Shown here piece after piece: positions 1 through 11,554 of a stretch of DNA of 64,000 nucleotides. The notes under the pieces were generated by a model. That model worked only from the letters and a program-made list of their open reading frames with translations, was not told the DNA's origin and did not search any database. Source of the DNA: Eukaryota sp. TZLM1-RC. Lineage: Eukaryota; Protista; Metamonada: BaSk clade. The stretch covers positions 3,603,658 to 3,667,657 of the forward strand of contig JAUPSS010000004.1 of NCBI GenBank assembly GCA_040285825.1, given 5' to 3'. The number at the start of each line of letters is the position of its first letter. Position 1 is the stretch's first letter. The translations under genes and the position numbers were made by a program.

Positions 1-142
1 AGATGATTGATCAAGAAGGTTAAACAAGTTTATTAAAGCATCATTCAGCAACAGTACGGAGGGGCTTCACTAGTGAGGTAGCTAGATTACACCAATTACT
101 GGACAAAAGACACAAATAATCAACACAAACAGTACAGATAAC

Positions 143-2002
143 CTAGTCAAGCAAAGCTGCCAACTCTGGGTCCATGGGAAGACCCTGCATGGATTGAGCC
201 ACATGATCAACTCCTCTTTGCATAGCAGGAGGTAGATCTATCTTCTCCAACTTCTTTCTGGGAACAACAGCCTCATCCAAGGACCATTGAAGATTCTGAA
301 GAGCGTGGTGATCTTCCCTTGAATGAGGAATTTTCCACAGTTCATAACAACTTTGTGCAATGGTCACGTGTTCATCAGGAGGAGTGATTCCATGAATCAT
401 TCTGTTATAGACCGCTTCCAGAGAGCCTATTTGATGATGACAGTGATCAACAGCAGATTTACTGAGATAGGTGAAGAATTCAGATTCACACTTGTTAAAG
501 TCAAACAAAGCTCTGACATCAATACCCCCAACGTCTGTTCTTGAACGCTGCTGCCTTGTCCTCTCTTGGCGATGTATTTCCAACAGGTTGTTAGTCTCTG
601 TTAACTTTTCAATGATGGAAAGACGTGCATCCTCCCTTAGATTTTGTATCTGCCACTCACTTCCTCCAAAATGAAGACCCTGGCAAACGATATAACGCTC
701 CGAATTACCAGGTCTTGAAGTGACAGGCTTGAAAATAGAAAATCTGGTGAATGAGATGTATAAAAGATATAATAAAGATACTGTGAATGGAGAAAACACA
801 TCAAAAACTTTTAAAACAAAAGATCCTCCATGACGGAGAATTCGAAACATCGACACTATTTGGCCAAGTACCAGCTGTTTCATCAACAATTCCTGAAGAT
901 TCCACCAATCAGAAACGTCAGAACCTCCATCAGCAACCACCACGTCAACCCCACGCGACCGGTTAACAACTATAAAAGCAAATCTCTCAACATTTTTTGT
1001 GTTGGTGATATCTCCGCTCCCCTTTGGCTCAATTTGATCAAAATGAACCCGATCACCACTTTTGATATATTTATCATTACCGAAAAGTATTTGCAAATGT
1101 TTCCCATTCTCGGCTCTTTCGTAAGCAACTGTATTAAAATCATGAATCCTCCATGTATCCCGGTCATGTGCTAATGAAAAGCCATATCCTCTGGCCCTAC
1201 CCCCAGTTCTCCATATAATATACTCAGAAAAACCACCAGGAGCAGCACAAAGATCTGCGAATAAAAGGTAGTTCTTATCAGCTGGATGACCTCGGAGATA
1301 AGGACGTAAAAAGCCATAAGCCGAGTCGATATTGGCCATCTTTACCGCAGCTCTGTTAATGAAACAAGCTTTTCCAATCTGCTCATAAGGATTCATCTCA
1401 TTCCTCGCCCTTCTGAAACCTGCAGCATTAACCTTGTATAATTCATCAAACTTGGACTTAGTTTCACCCAGTTTCTCGACCAATTCAATGGTAACAGGAG
1501 GCTTAAAAGACATTGAGTTCCAAGCAGTTTGCAGGCTTTCTCCCCATTCTCCAATGTACAAATGATAGACCCTGTCGAGGTATGATAGGAGTTCAGTAAT
1601 GTCAATCTTAGAGGACCTATCCAAATGATGTCGAGCTTCAACAATTTGGAAAGTAGAACCCTGGACTTGGTATTCGGGTTCAGGAGGAGGTGGAGGTTGA
1701 GGTATCTCTTCTTCAAAGTCAAGACCGTATCTGTGATACTCATGGACCGGAGGGACCAAAAGGGAAGAGAGTTTCTCGTGAGAGTGCTCAGGGTCGAATC
1801 CGGCAATGCGAAAGAGACTCTTTACCCTAAAAGGGATGTAATTGGAAGTTGAAGAGCTGACCTTTTTTCCATGTGACTTTGCCTTTTCAGTAACGATCTT
1901 TTGAGTAACAGAGGATGAAGATGTTAATTCGTCCTGGACTGTGACATTTATGTGGCGAGAGGCTGTGCCATTCCTTTTGCGACGTTTGAGCAAGTATGAC
2001 AT
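143..2002 (-). CDS. CMTR1: Cap-specific mRNA (nucleoside-2'-O)-methyltransferase 1-like (FtsJ/RrmJ family)
   Basis: FINRAAVKMAN, FADLCAAPGGFSEY, VVADGG, FVLKVFD and KPVTSRPGNSERY give the K-D-K-E tetrad and SAM-binding motif. Confidence 0.9.
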   Translation of the reverse strand: MSYLLKRRKRNGTASRHINVTVQDELTSSSSVTQKIVTEKAKSHGKKVSSSTSNYIPFRVKSLFRIAGFDPEHSHEKLSSLLVPPVHEYHRYGLDFEEEIPQPPPPPEPEYQVQGSTFQIVEARHHLDRSSKIDITELLSYLDRVYHLYIGEWGESLQTAWNSMSFKPPVTIELVEKLGETKSKFDELYKVNAAGFRRARNEMNPYEQIGKACFINRAAVKMANIDSAYGFLRPYLRGHPADKNYLLFADLCAAPGGFSEYIIWRTGGRARGYGFSLAHDRDTWRIHDFNTVAYERAENGKHLQILFGNDKYIKSGDRVHFDQIEPKGSGDITNTKNVERFAFIVVNRSRGVDVVVADGGSDVSDWWNLQELLMKQLVLGQIVSMFRILRHGGSFVLKVFDVFSPFTVSLLYLLYISFTRFSIFKPVTSRPGNSERYIVCQGLHFGGSEWQIQNLREDARLSIIEKLTETNNLLEIHRQERTRQQRSRTDVGGIDVRALFDFNKCESEFFTYLSKSAVDHCHHQIGSLEAVYNRMIHGITPPDEHVTIAQSCYELWKIPHSREDHHALQNLQWSLDEAVVPRKKLEKIDLPPAMQRGVDHVAQSMQGLPMDPELAALLD

Positions 2003-2399
2003 TTAAAGAAGGAAATATGAGATATATGATGTTGCGAGGTGTTGAAGAAACACCGTCTATGAAGAAGTGAACCAACTCAATGATCAAAAGAGAAATGTTC
2101 CTCAGAATCCCCCAATTCTTTCAATTTCTGTTTGAGTTATGAAATAGAGTCACATGAGATTATCATTTTTTATCGAAGGTCTAAAAAACAGTATTCCTGA
2201 AGAAATTGAGTTCCAGCTCGTAAAATAAAGTTTTGTTTCTTTGTTTATCAATTTGTAATCCATCAAGTCAAAACATGGTGAATGAAAACATTGACTACGC
2301 AACCACCAAAAGTTGTTATCACACGAATGCAACACTAATCTAGTTTTCTAATTGTCATTATTATTATTTTACATTCTAATTGTTTCATTTGTTGTTTTT

Positions 2400-2472
2400 T
2401 TGGATCAAGTAAGAGAAGTATTACCGAGACAGCAAGTAAATCAAGATTTTGTAGAGGAAACCGTGATTTAAT
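2400..2472 (+). mobile_element. Degenerate 3' remnant of RLE non-LTR family A
   Basis: agacagcaagtaaatcaagattttgtagaggaaa matches the family A 3' end seen at 4711-4745 and 58740-58775. Confidence 0.6.
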
Positions 2473-2629
2473 ACATCTTCTTAGAAATTTCTCAGTTAAT
2501 ATCTCTTTAGCCTATTCTTATTTGAGTAGTGATTCATGAGCAAGATCGGTAACTCTCAACAACATTAGATCATTGAATTGCACAGTAATAAAAGTTCATG
2601 ATGATTTACAAAAAATTCAAAGCTTTATT

Positions 2630-2645
2630 AGTGTTGAAAAACACC
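2630..2645 (-). promoter_or_regulatory. Histone 3' stem-loop (H4)
   Basis: GGTGTT-TTTC-AACACT just downstream of the stop. The same element follows every histone gene in the window. Confidence 0.8.
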
Positions 2646-2659
2646 CCAAAAAGACAAAC

Positions 2660-2971
2660 CTAAACACCAAAACCATACAAAACACGTCCATGACGTTTCA
2701 AAGCATAGACCACATCCATGGCAGTAACAGTTTTCCTTCTGGCATGTTCACAATAAGTAACAGAGTCACGGATCACGTTTTCGAGGAAAGTACGGAGAAC
2801 AGTCCGGGTTTCATCATAGATAAGTGCAGAGATACGCTTGACACCACCACGACGAGCAAGACGACGAATAGCAGGCTTGGTAATACCTTGGATGTTTTCG
2901 CGAAGAACCTTTCTATGGCGCTTGGCACCACCTTTACCTAAACCTTTTCCACCTTTTCCACGGCCAGCCAT
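2660..2971 (-). CDS. H4: Histone H4 (ATG at 2971)
   Basis: [21 protein letters not shown]...LYGFGV. Confidence 0.98.
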   Translation of the reverse strand: MAGRGKGGKGLGKGGAKRHRKVLRENIQGITKPAIRRLARRGGVKRISALIYDETRTVLRTFLENVIRDSVTYCEHARRKTVTAMDVVYALKRHGRVLYGFGV

Positions 2972-3468
2972 TGAGATCGATGAAGATAAAAATACAGGAT
3001 TAGAAAGGAGTTTGATAATTTGAGTTTGATTTTGCAAATTGTCTTGCCAAGATTAATTGTTGTTTCTCAATGGTGATTGTTGGGTTTCAGAGTTCTTCAA
3101 CTTGGTTTATGTAATAGTCGTTATGATTATGACTATGTCAGTACTCGCATTTGTGGAATTTGAGGAGTCTATAGCGCTTATAGTGTGTTGATTTTTGTGA
3201 TAACAAATGTATCAGTATTGGGACAGAAAAACCAATGTATTGACCTCAACAACAGTCAAGTCGCTGAATAGAGGCAAACTTACACAACAGTAAAATTAAA
3301 TACCTTCTATTTATGTCACAATTTGCCATTGGCCAACAACCATTAAGAAACGAAGTCCAGAATTGTGATAATATGGGGACTAATCTTTAATCTCTTCCAC
3401 TTCAGTAACGTCTTACTGTGAAACAAACAGGTTAAGAAAAAACATTATTAAATAAATTTATTACACAT

Positions 3469-3975
3469 TTAGCACAATTTATCAAAAATATTCTTATAAT
3501 CAGAAAGAAAACCTTGTAAATCATTTGGAGAAACGTGCAAATTCCAATCAAGAAGTTTAATAAATTCAACTTCCATAGCATTAAGAATTTCAAGGGAATA
3601 AAAAGAATAACCAATAATTCTCCAGCTAGGATTTTGAAAGGTAGAATCTTCGAAAAACTTGGCAGCAAGCATAAATGCAACAAGGAAACACCGATGGGCA
3701 TTAGTGGAAGAATAGCGAAGCTGAGGAAACTTTGCTTGTATCTTTGAAAGATAGTAGAGGGCAACAAAAGCACATTCCAAAGAGGCTTCTGATTTAGAAA
3801 CAATTCTTCTAATCCAAACAGGAAAACTGACGGAAGGTTCAGAGCCAAATGATGAGTCACAAGTATAGTCTTCCACATCCAAAAGTTGCTCAAGTATGGC
3901 AGAACACGTGTAAACAACAGAGGAGAGGCATTCATCGGAAAGAGAAACAGGAGAGGTAGCAGTGATACCAGGCAT
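3469..3975 (-). CDS. PHO80/PCL (cyclin P/U)-type cyclin, copy 1
   Basis: Cyclin box ECAFVALYYL...NAHRCFLVAFMLAAKFFED...LNAMEVEFIKLLDWNLHV. Confidence 0.85.
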   Translation of the reverse strand: MPGITATSPVSLSDECLSSVVYTCSAILEQLLDVEDYTCDSSFGSEPSVSFPVWIRRIVSKSEASLECAFVALYYLSKIQAKFPQLRYSSTNAHRCFLVAFMLAAKFFEDSTFQNPSWRIIGYSFYSLEILNAMEVEFIKLLDWNLHVSPNDLQGFLSDYKNIFDKLC

Positions 3976-4087
3976 CAATGATCAGTGGAGAGAAACATCT
4001 GGCATGAAGAATCATCGCCATTAGTAGTAGAGGACAAGACAAGATTGATGAGATGTTTGTCATTGACAAACATTCCTCTAAGTAAAA

Positions 4088-4521
4088 CATACCTGAGCAT
4101 AACAACTACTCTCATTTGTCATGACACTGTCATGACAGACATGACCCTGTACTTAAACGTTATCAAGTATATTTTTCATTAATTTTTTTTAGTTAAATCA
4201 TACTAAATATGCAGTACTTTAAAAAAATCATACTAATTTAAACAAATAACACAACTTCTGCAAACAATCAAACTCTCTTTTTTTTCATCTGCATAAGTTT
4301 CAAAGACGAAGCTCCATGTCGAATGTGTACTATTTTGAGGATAAGTGCAGTTTGAAGCGCTCAGTGGGTGTCTCGTTCAAAGTTGAGGACATTGAAGTTG
4401 ATGAATAAATTTGTCCTTATTGAATATACGTGTATGTTTTGTACAAAAAATTCAATTTGTCATAACACCATGACAGCATTGGTGATATGACACTTTTGAC
4501 ATGACGTCATGCCCAGGTATG
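4088..4521. mobile_element. Non-autonomous hAT-like DNA transposon (MITE), 434 bp
   Basis: Imperfect TIR CATACCTG(A/G)GCAT(A/G)AC, 8-bp TSD aagtaaaa/tagtaaaa, subterminal CATGAC repeats. Absent from the paralogous site at ~23206-23226. Confidence 0.8.
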
Positions 4522-4577
4522 TAGTAAAACCTTGCCTTCATTTTAATGAATTCTCAATTATATTCAATTGATTATTT

Positions 4578-4818
4578 GAATGACTTCCAAAAAATGGTGC
4601 AAGAAAAAACAATGAAAAGATTTGATATATTTTTATGGCGTTCACGGATTCAATTTGCCATTATTAATAGATTACCACCGTTCTTCAATCGAATAAGAGA
4701 AGCTTTAGCTAGACAGCAAGCAGACCAAGATTTTGTAGAGGAAATCTTGGTTCAATGATAGTCGTCCCATTAGTATTGAGTTAATTTAATTAAGTGTGCA
4801 AATTCAATGAATACAAAA
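4578..4818 (+). mobile_element. Short family A 3' fragment (innermost insertion)
   Basis: Family A C-terminus ...QADQDFVEEILVQ* plus 3' UTR. 12-bp TSD aattgattattt at 4566-4577/4819-4830. Confidence 0.8.
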
Positions 4819-4830
4819 AATTGATTATTT

Positions 4831-5483
4831 TAATTCTCAATCTTATTAAAAACCTATAAATCAACATCTAAGTAATCCATATCTCCCAAAACAAAAACAC
4901 TAGCTGCAACTCTCTTATAATGAGATCCAAGAGAAAGCACAGCATCAGAAACCTTCTTCAACATCCCCTTAAAAATGGAAAACAAATTCTATTTTGACAA
5001 AACAATCTGTTGAAATTTCTGTTAGTTCTTCTCTTTACAATCATTTCAAAATCTTTCAAAAAACGTACAGCCGTTGGAGCAAGTGAACCAAATAGAGAAA
5101 ATACAAATGGATACAAATTGAATTTTGCATGCTGTTGACTGGACAATTTGGACAAAGGTTCATTGTATTTTTTGATTTTGAAATTTTCGGCATTTGAAAG
5201 AGGATTATGAATTTTAGAATTAGCAAGCCTTTCATTTGAGACATTACAAAGATCAACAGACATTACATCCAATAAAATGAAGGTTCCATCCAATCCAGGT
5301 TATATTACATCACCTCTTTTATTCTTATGAAAGTTATCTTCAGTATCAAACAGATTTGACAACAGAGGTTCCAAAAAGGATACAATTCTATGAGACTTAC
5401 ACATACAATATAATTGGTCTCCTACAGTATCATGAACCTTGCTTCTAGAAGTAATAAAATGTTTACAATTTAACAAATTAGAA
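4831..5483 (-). mobile_element. 5'-truncated RLE non-LTR retrotransposon, family B
   Basis: ORF 4958-5293 is similar to the C-terminus of 56424-58070. 11-bp TSD attcaattgat at 4562-4572/5484-5494. Confidence 0.85.
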
Positions 5484-7173
5484 ATTCAATTGATGCTTTT
5501 CGTAATTTGGGTTCGTTTGTAGGAAATAATTATGAAATTAGCAAAGAATTGTTTGAAAAGTTGAACTCAATTTCCGAAAAAGATGACCAAATGATGAATT
5601 TAGATACACAGAAACATATCAAATTTACCATTATAAAACTGTGTTTTAGTTCCAACTTTAATCATATATTTCGATCTACAAATCCTCTTATCACTGGCCG
5701 TTTGGCCCAGAAGTTTAATGAATTACCTGCAAAAGTTTTGTCACAATGACAAGGATGTAAAATGTTCCAAATTCCTGATCACGCTTATCTTAGTCCACTT
5801 TATGGCGGTTTAGGTTGGACAAAGGCGTCTATTCTTTCTTCATGTGCTTTTATTGGTGGATGTAGAAATGCAATATTTGTGTTTTCTGATAGATTTGCCA
5901 ATTGGGAAGACTTACGCAAAGTCCTACTGCTTTTGCGTTAAATGATGTAATTTCAAAAATTGAAGTCGATGCCTTCCCCAGTCATCCAATGGTAATATTC
6001 CGGAAAAGAATTTTTTAAATTTGAAATACACTCTTCGAGTATTACAGCAACGGTTGACTGGAATATATGAAAATGATCTTTATAATAATATATGCATTTC
6101 GGCTGTTTTAAATCAAGATCTTCGCTCATTGTTATTGGAAAATGGTGTTTGTGAAAATCAGTCATCAGATTCTTCACTGTTTGAAACCATTGTACCGCGA
6201 AAATTTGGACTGTGTGTTACTGATGAAGTTTGTAACAAAAATGAGATAATATTTGAATATCCCCATTAATCAATTATTATTAAAAGAAAAATGTATTTGT
6301 TCGAATTCACCCCAACTCACTTTGCGCCACGCTCTGAATTGCTCTAAATTGATAACTTATCGTTCTTCATTACATGATGCTGTTAGAGACACTGTTTTCA
6401 ATATGGTACGAACTGCAAGAAGATCGTGTATCAAAGAGCCTTTGCTGAAGGAAACACTGTCATTGAACAGTTTTGGTTCTGATGGTAGAGGTGATGTATA
6501 CTGTGATTGGATTGAGAACCCTGAAGCTGTTGTTGACTTTGTCTCCTGTAATGTTGCAAATGACACTTTGGTTCAAAAAAGAAAACTTAATCCTGTAAGT
6601 GCTCTTGAATTTAAAGCTAAAGAAAAACATAGAAAATATGACAAAGGTATCGGAGAGGCTAATGCTGATAGAAATAGACAACTTTTTTATTGGTTTCCCA
6701 TTTTCGATAAACGGAAGACTATCAGTAGAAGCAGGAACTTTTTTGAATAATTTCCAAAAAATGGTTCAAGAAAAAACAATGAAAATATTTAATTAATTTA
6801 ACTTTTTATGGTGCTCTCGAATTCAATTTGTCATTATTACCAGATTGCCTTGGTTTTTCAATCGAATTAGATAAGCTTTAGCTAGACAACAAGCAGATCA
6901 AGAATTTGTAGAGGAAATCTTTGTTCCATGAATTTCGTCCCATTAATTATGAAGTGTGCAAGTTCAACAAATTAATATGTTCAAAAAATGAATGGAGGCA
7001 AACAGTGTACAATGGCTTGACCTATCTTGTGTGTTGAACTTTTCTTGTTTAAATTAGAGATGGGCAAGAAACCTCACTGTTGTAAATAGAACTTATTAAT
7101 TTTTTCCTTAAATAAAATTTTAAAACGGATTTTATTGAAACAAGTGTTGATAAACACCTCTAATAACCCCAAA

Positions 7174-7581
7174 CTAAAAATCAGAACGAATTCTCTTAGC
7201 CAAGGCCATATCCTTGGGCATAATGGTAACACGTTTAGCATGAATAGCACAGAGATTGGTGTCTTCAAACAAACCAACAAGGTAAGCTTCAGCAGCTTCT
7301 TGAAGAGCAGAGATACCAGAGGCTTGGAATCTTAACTCACCCTTGAACTCTTGGGCAATTTCTCTAACCAAACGTTGGAAGGGTAGCTTACGGATCAAGA
7401 GTTCAGTGGATTTTTGGTACTTTCTAATTTCACGGAGAGCAACGGTACCAGGACGATAACGATGGGGTTTCTTGATACCACCAGTAGCGGGAGCAGCTTT
7501 GCGAGCAGCCTTGGTAGCCAAATGCTTTCGTGGAGTCTTGGTGGAGGTAGTCTTGCGAGAGGTTTGCTTAGTACGGGCCAT
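7174..7581 (-). CDS. H3: Histone H3, copy 1
   Basis: MARTKQT...[16 protein letters not shown]. Stem-loop at 7143-7158. Confidence 0.98.
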   Translation of the reverse strand: MARTKQTSRKTTSTKTPRKHLATKAARKAAPATGGIKKPHRYRPGTVALREIRKYQKSTELLIRKLPFQRLVREIAQEFKGELRFQASGISALQEAAEAYLVGLFEDTNLCAIHAKRVTIMPKDMALAKRIRSDF

Positions 7582-7967
7582 TAGTGTAGATCAGGATTAT
7601 GTCATTCTGCATTGTAATTGAGCAGAAATTCAGAGCAGGGAAAATGTCTTGCAAGAATCAATTGTCATTTGCTTTTGTTGGATGATTCGTTTTTGGTGGT
7701 TTGGTTGTGTAGACCTAGGGCTTTGTTGTCACTCTTCATTAGATGTGCACTTAATTCTTTTTCTATATGGAACTATTGAAATATTCAATGTGGGTTCTGT
7801 TTAGGAACAACAGGTTTAGCAAATCCCAATTTGATTGAACAATTGTCATTTGTATTTTCTCCAAAACTTCAATCCAGATGGAAACATCAATAAAACATTT
7901 TAAATCAAAATACACAAAAAAAAACAAATTTATCCAGTGTTGAAAAACACCATCAAATACCACAAAT

Positions 7968-8402
7968 CTATTCACCTTCACCAGCAGAGGTAAACTTGGT
8001 AACAGCCTTGGTACCTTCAGAAACAGCATGCTTGGAGAGTTCACCAGGCAACAATAATCTAACAGCAGTCTGAATCTCACGAGAAGAAAGGGTATTCCTC
8101 TTGTTGACACGAGCAAGACGGGAAGCTTCAGTGGCGATACGTTCAAAAATGTCATTGACAAAAGAGTTCATGATTCCCATGGCCTTGGTGGAGATACCAG
8201 TATCAGGATGGACTTGGCGAAGGACACGGTAAATGTAAGTAGCCCATGTCTCCTTGCGGGCCTTCTTGCGCTTGGGGGCAGCAGCGGCAGCACCTCCTTC
8301 AGCAACAGCTTTGCTTACAGCTTTGGCAGGGGCCTTCGATGGGGCTTTGGAGGGAACTCCCTTGATGGATTTGGTAGACTTTACAGACTTTTTTCCAGGC
8401 AT
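7968..8402 (-). CDS. H2B: Histone H2B, copy 1 (ATG 8402)
   Basis: VHPDTGIS...[20 protein letters not shown]. Stem-loop at 7936-7951. Confidence 0.97.
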   Translation of the reverse strand: MPGKKSVKSTKSIKGVPSKAPSKAPAKAVSKAVAEGGAAAAAPKRKKARKETWATYIYRVLRQVHPDTGISTKAMGIMNSFVNDIFERIATEASRLARVNKRNTLSSREIQTAVRLLLPGELSKHAVSEGTKAVTKFTSAGEGE

Positions 8403-8551
8403 GAGATTGAGAAAATGGTGATGGAGATTCAGTTTTTGCAACAAAAACAAGCTGATTCAATGGTTTGCCACAAACGACAATCTTGCAACAATCAAAAATT
8501 GTCGTGTTGAAATTGAAATTCTATTTTCTTTTCCTCATTAATTCATCTCTC

Positions 8552-8935
8552 ATGGCTGAAGAAACTGGTGCTCGTACTCTCTCCTTCAAAGCTGGACTCC
8601 AATTCCCGGTAGGTCGTATCCGTCGTTACCTCCGTGAAGGTCGCTATGCTGAACGTATTGCAGCTGGTGCTCCCGTCTATATGGCTGCTGTGCTCGAATA
8701 CCTCACTGCTGAGGTCCTTGAATTGTCTGGTAACGCTGCTAGAGATAACAAGAAGACCCGTATCGTCCCCAGACACATTCTCTTGGCTATCCGTAATGAT
8801 GAAGAACTCAGCAAGCTCTTGTCCCACATCATGATACCCTCTGGTGGTGTTCTTCCTCATATTCATTCCGATCTCCTTCCCAAGGGATCCAAGGCTCGTG
8901 TTGAAGCCGAAGAACAAGCTTCTCAGGAAATCTAG
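8552..8935 (+). CDS. H2A: Histone H2A with C-terminal SQEI (H2A.X-type), copy 1
   Basis: [10 protein letters not shown]...IRNDEEL and terminal SQEI. Stem-loop at 8948-8963. Confidence 0.97.
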   Translation: MAEETGARTLSFKAGLQFPVGRIRRYLREGRYAERIAAGAPVYMAAVLEYLTAEVLELSGNAARDNKKTRIVPRHILLAIRNDEELSKLLSHIMIPSGGVLPHIHSDLLPKGSKARVEAEEQASQEI

Positions 8936-9419
8936 GTTGTTTTGTATGGTGTTTTTCAACACTATTTGGGTAATAAATGTGATTTTATTTTATTTTCTAT
9001 TTACCTCAGCGATTAGTTTTATGAAAAATAATTAAATTAATATATTAATCAATATTAATCAAATATATTACATATTATTTAATAAACTACTGTATGCAAT
9101 AGTTGTGGATCCTCAGTTGTCCATCACTGAAACCAAGCAACAAGAAGATACAAATTCAACAGAAAATAGCATTGGTTCTGGTAGGCATTTAAAGAGAAGA
9201 CGTTTACTCGTCACAGACTTACCTTGAGTAAATCATGCAAAAGCCTGTGAATCAAGCCTGTGGAAAAGAAATAGAAGTGCCACATGGTTATACAACTGAT
9301 GGTTGTATATGTATACATGGTTGAGACAGACCAGAAAAATTAAAACAAAAAACTCCCATTCCATCTACATTGGTGTAAAGAGCACACTTTTTTCATTGTT
9401 ATAGAGAGCATCAATAAGA

Positions 9420-11147
9420 ATGAGTCTTTGTTCTCGGTTCGTAGTCCATGAATCCCAAAATGACATCCTTATTTACCCCTTGGATCCATTACCCCCTCTT
9501 GGTATTGACAGAGATACTGCCGCTATTTCTCAGTTCAACGACATAGAGCAGCCTCCTCGGTCATATGGGCACGAAATTCTAGGCATACTGGGCCTCATTA
9601 CCATCAATTCGTATTCATTTATAATCACAGTCACCTCTGCCAACGTTGTTGCCCAAATAGGCCATCATGAAATCTGGCTTATAGAGTCCATCAACACCCT
9701 CCCTTTACGGACGTACACCTCTACTTCATTCCACACTGCTCATTCGCTGTGTAAAACGGCTTACTCTGAGCGTGGTCTTTACTTTTCCCCGTCCTTGCCC
9801 CTCTCTCTTCCTCTTTCCTCTTCGCTTTACACATCATCTCCCATATGGAGTTGTTCAGATTCATCCTTTGTATTTAACAACTTTGCTGCCGCTACATTTC
9901 TCTCTTCTTGCTCCTCTGACCTCTCATCCTATGTCCTTCCTGTCACCCAGGGATACTTTGGCATGGTACCCAGAGCTATTCTTTGTGGTGATGTTTATCA
10001 TTCTCTCTGCCTGTTCTCACGTAGAGATGTTAGTAATCTTGGAAAAAGGTTCACCAGAAGGGGGGTTGATTTCAACCATTCACATACCCCTGCTAATACT
10101 GTAATCACTGAGCAATCAATCATTTCTGATTGCGGAAGGAGTTTGATTGGATCGTATATTTTAATGAGAGGTTCAATTCCACTCCAATGGAGTCAGACAC
10201 CAGATCTGACTTTGAAACCATCAATCAAAATGATTGAAAATGATTGGAACGACTGTGATGTTTTCAGGTCAGTTGTCGAAGATTTACAAAGATCCTTTGG
10301 CAAGCCTTTGGTTTTTGTTAATCTCATCAACCAAAAGGGACATGAAGGAGATTTGTGTAGAGCCTTTGAAAATTTGATAGATGAGACTAATATTGACGGT
10401 TTTTCCTACTATTATTTTGATTTTCATAAAGAATGTTGTGGGTTTCAATATCAAAAGGTCGCTAGTTTGGTTGAGTCAATCAGCTCAGAATTAAGCTGGA
10501 ATATGGCAGAAAAGGTTCAAAAAGGCATCGTCAGGGTCAACTGTATTGATTGTCTTGATCGAACTAATGTCGTTCAATCATTTTTATCACGATTTGTCCT
10601 TCATCGACAGTTACATTCCATTGGCAGTCTCTCAGTCAACAACATCACCTCAATCAATCAAACACGTGGAGATCTTTCCTATTCGGGAACGTGTAAGTTT
10701 GACAAGGACCTTGAAGCTGCCTTTTCGAACCTTTGGGCCAATAATGGTGATGAACTGAGTCTTCAATACGCAGGAACATTCGCGATGAAGAGAGATTTCC
10801 TAAGAAAAGGGAAAAGGACATTCACTGGGACTTTATTTGATGGCTATTTAAGTATATCCAGATTTATATTAAATAATTTCAGTCACGGTCATGTTCAGGA
10901 CGCTTTGGATTTGGTAATTAGAGGTAGGAAAGGAGAAGTTGTAGGTCAACAAAAGTCAAGGTTTTTGAGCTGTGGAATATGGTCGATGTTACTATTTTTG
11001 GTAACAGGAATGGTTTTTTTGAGAAGAAGTCCTGTCAAGATGGTTTTATTTATTGTATTTGTTTCTTTTTTGTTTAAATATGCGAAAAGGAAATATTTTT
11101 CTAGGTTTGTTGTTAAACCAAGATTATGTTTTAATAAAATAAATTAA
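9420..11147 (+). CDS. SAC1: SAC1 phosphoinositide phosphatase
   Basis: RGSIPLQWSQ, FDFHKEC, catalytic RVNCIDCLDRTN (CX5R) and two C-terminal hydrophobic helices. Confidence 0.92.
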   Translation: MSLCSRFVVHESQNDILIYPLDPLPPLGIDRDTAAISQFNDIEQPPRSYGHEILGILGLITINSYSFIITVTSANVVAQIGHHEIWLIESINTLPLRTYTSTSFHTAHSLCKTAYSERGLYFSPSLPLSLPLSSSLYTSSPIWSCSDSSFVFNNFAAATFLSSCSSDLSSYVLPVTQGYFGMVPRAILCGDVYHSLCLFSRRDVSNLGKRFTRRGVDFNHSHTPANTVITEQSIISDCGRSLIGSYILMRGSIPLQWSQTPDLTLKPSIKMIENDWNDCDVFRSVVEDLQRSFGKPLVFVNLINQKGHEGDLCRAFENLIDETNIDGFSYYYFDFHKECCGFQYQKVASLVESISSELSWNMAEKVQKGIVRVNCIDCLDRTNVVQSFLSRFVLHRQLHSIGSLSVNNITSINQTRGDLSYSGTCKFDKDLEAAFSNLWANNGDELSLQYAGTFAMKRDFLRKGKRTFTGTLFDGYLSISRFILNNFSHGHVQDALDLVIRGRKGEVVGQQKSRFLSCGIWSMLLFLVTGMVFLRRSPVKMVLFIVFVSFLFKYAKRKYFSRFVVKPRLCFNKIN

Positions 11148-11554
11148 ATTAAATTTATTGATTTAGCATCAAATGGTAAAACAATCCGAATTCAACACAA
11201 CTACCAATCTTCTAGTTTCCATATTTTTTCTGCTCAAAAGTCTATTAATTCTAAACTGATTCAATTGATCATCCTATGTGTCATTCTTTTACCAATTATT
11301 ATCACCATAATTGCATTAGTGACAATAGATGTGGTTAATTCAAATTTGTTAACTAGTTAAGAAAATATGTTTTATTAAATTTTTATTGTAACCAGGAATT
11401 AAATCCTTCTGTATTCTTTGTATAATTATTTCCACCCAATAATGCAGGTAATTGAGAGTGGTTAATAGTAATTGAAAAAATTACTAATAGAATACAATTA
11501 GAACTATTTAAATTCAAAACTTTAAAAACCGAAAAAATAATTAAAAAAAGTAAA

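Larger units (their letters stand above)
4552..6986 (+). mobile_element. 5'-truncated RLE non-LTR retrotransposon, family A (outer element of a nest)
   Basis: CxC-x8-HxxxC knuckle (CICSNSPQLTLRHALNC), RGD...D...KEKHRKY endonuclease motifs, frameshifted. Candidate TSD aatgaat at 4545-4551/6987-6993. Absent from the paralogous locus at ~23235. Confidence 0.85.
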
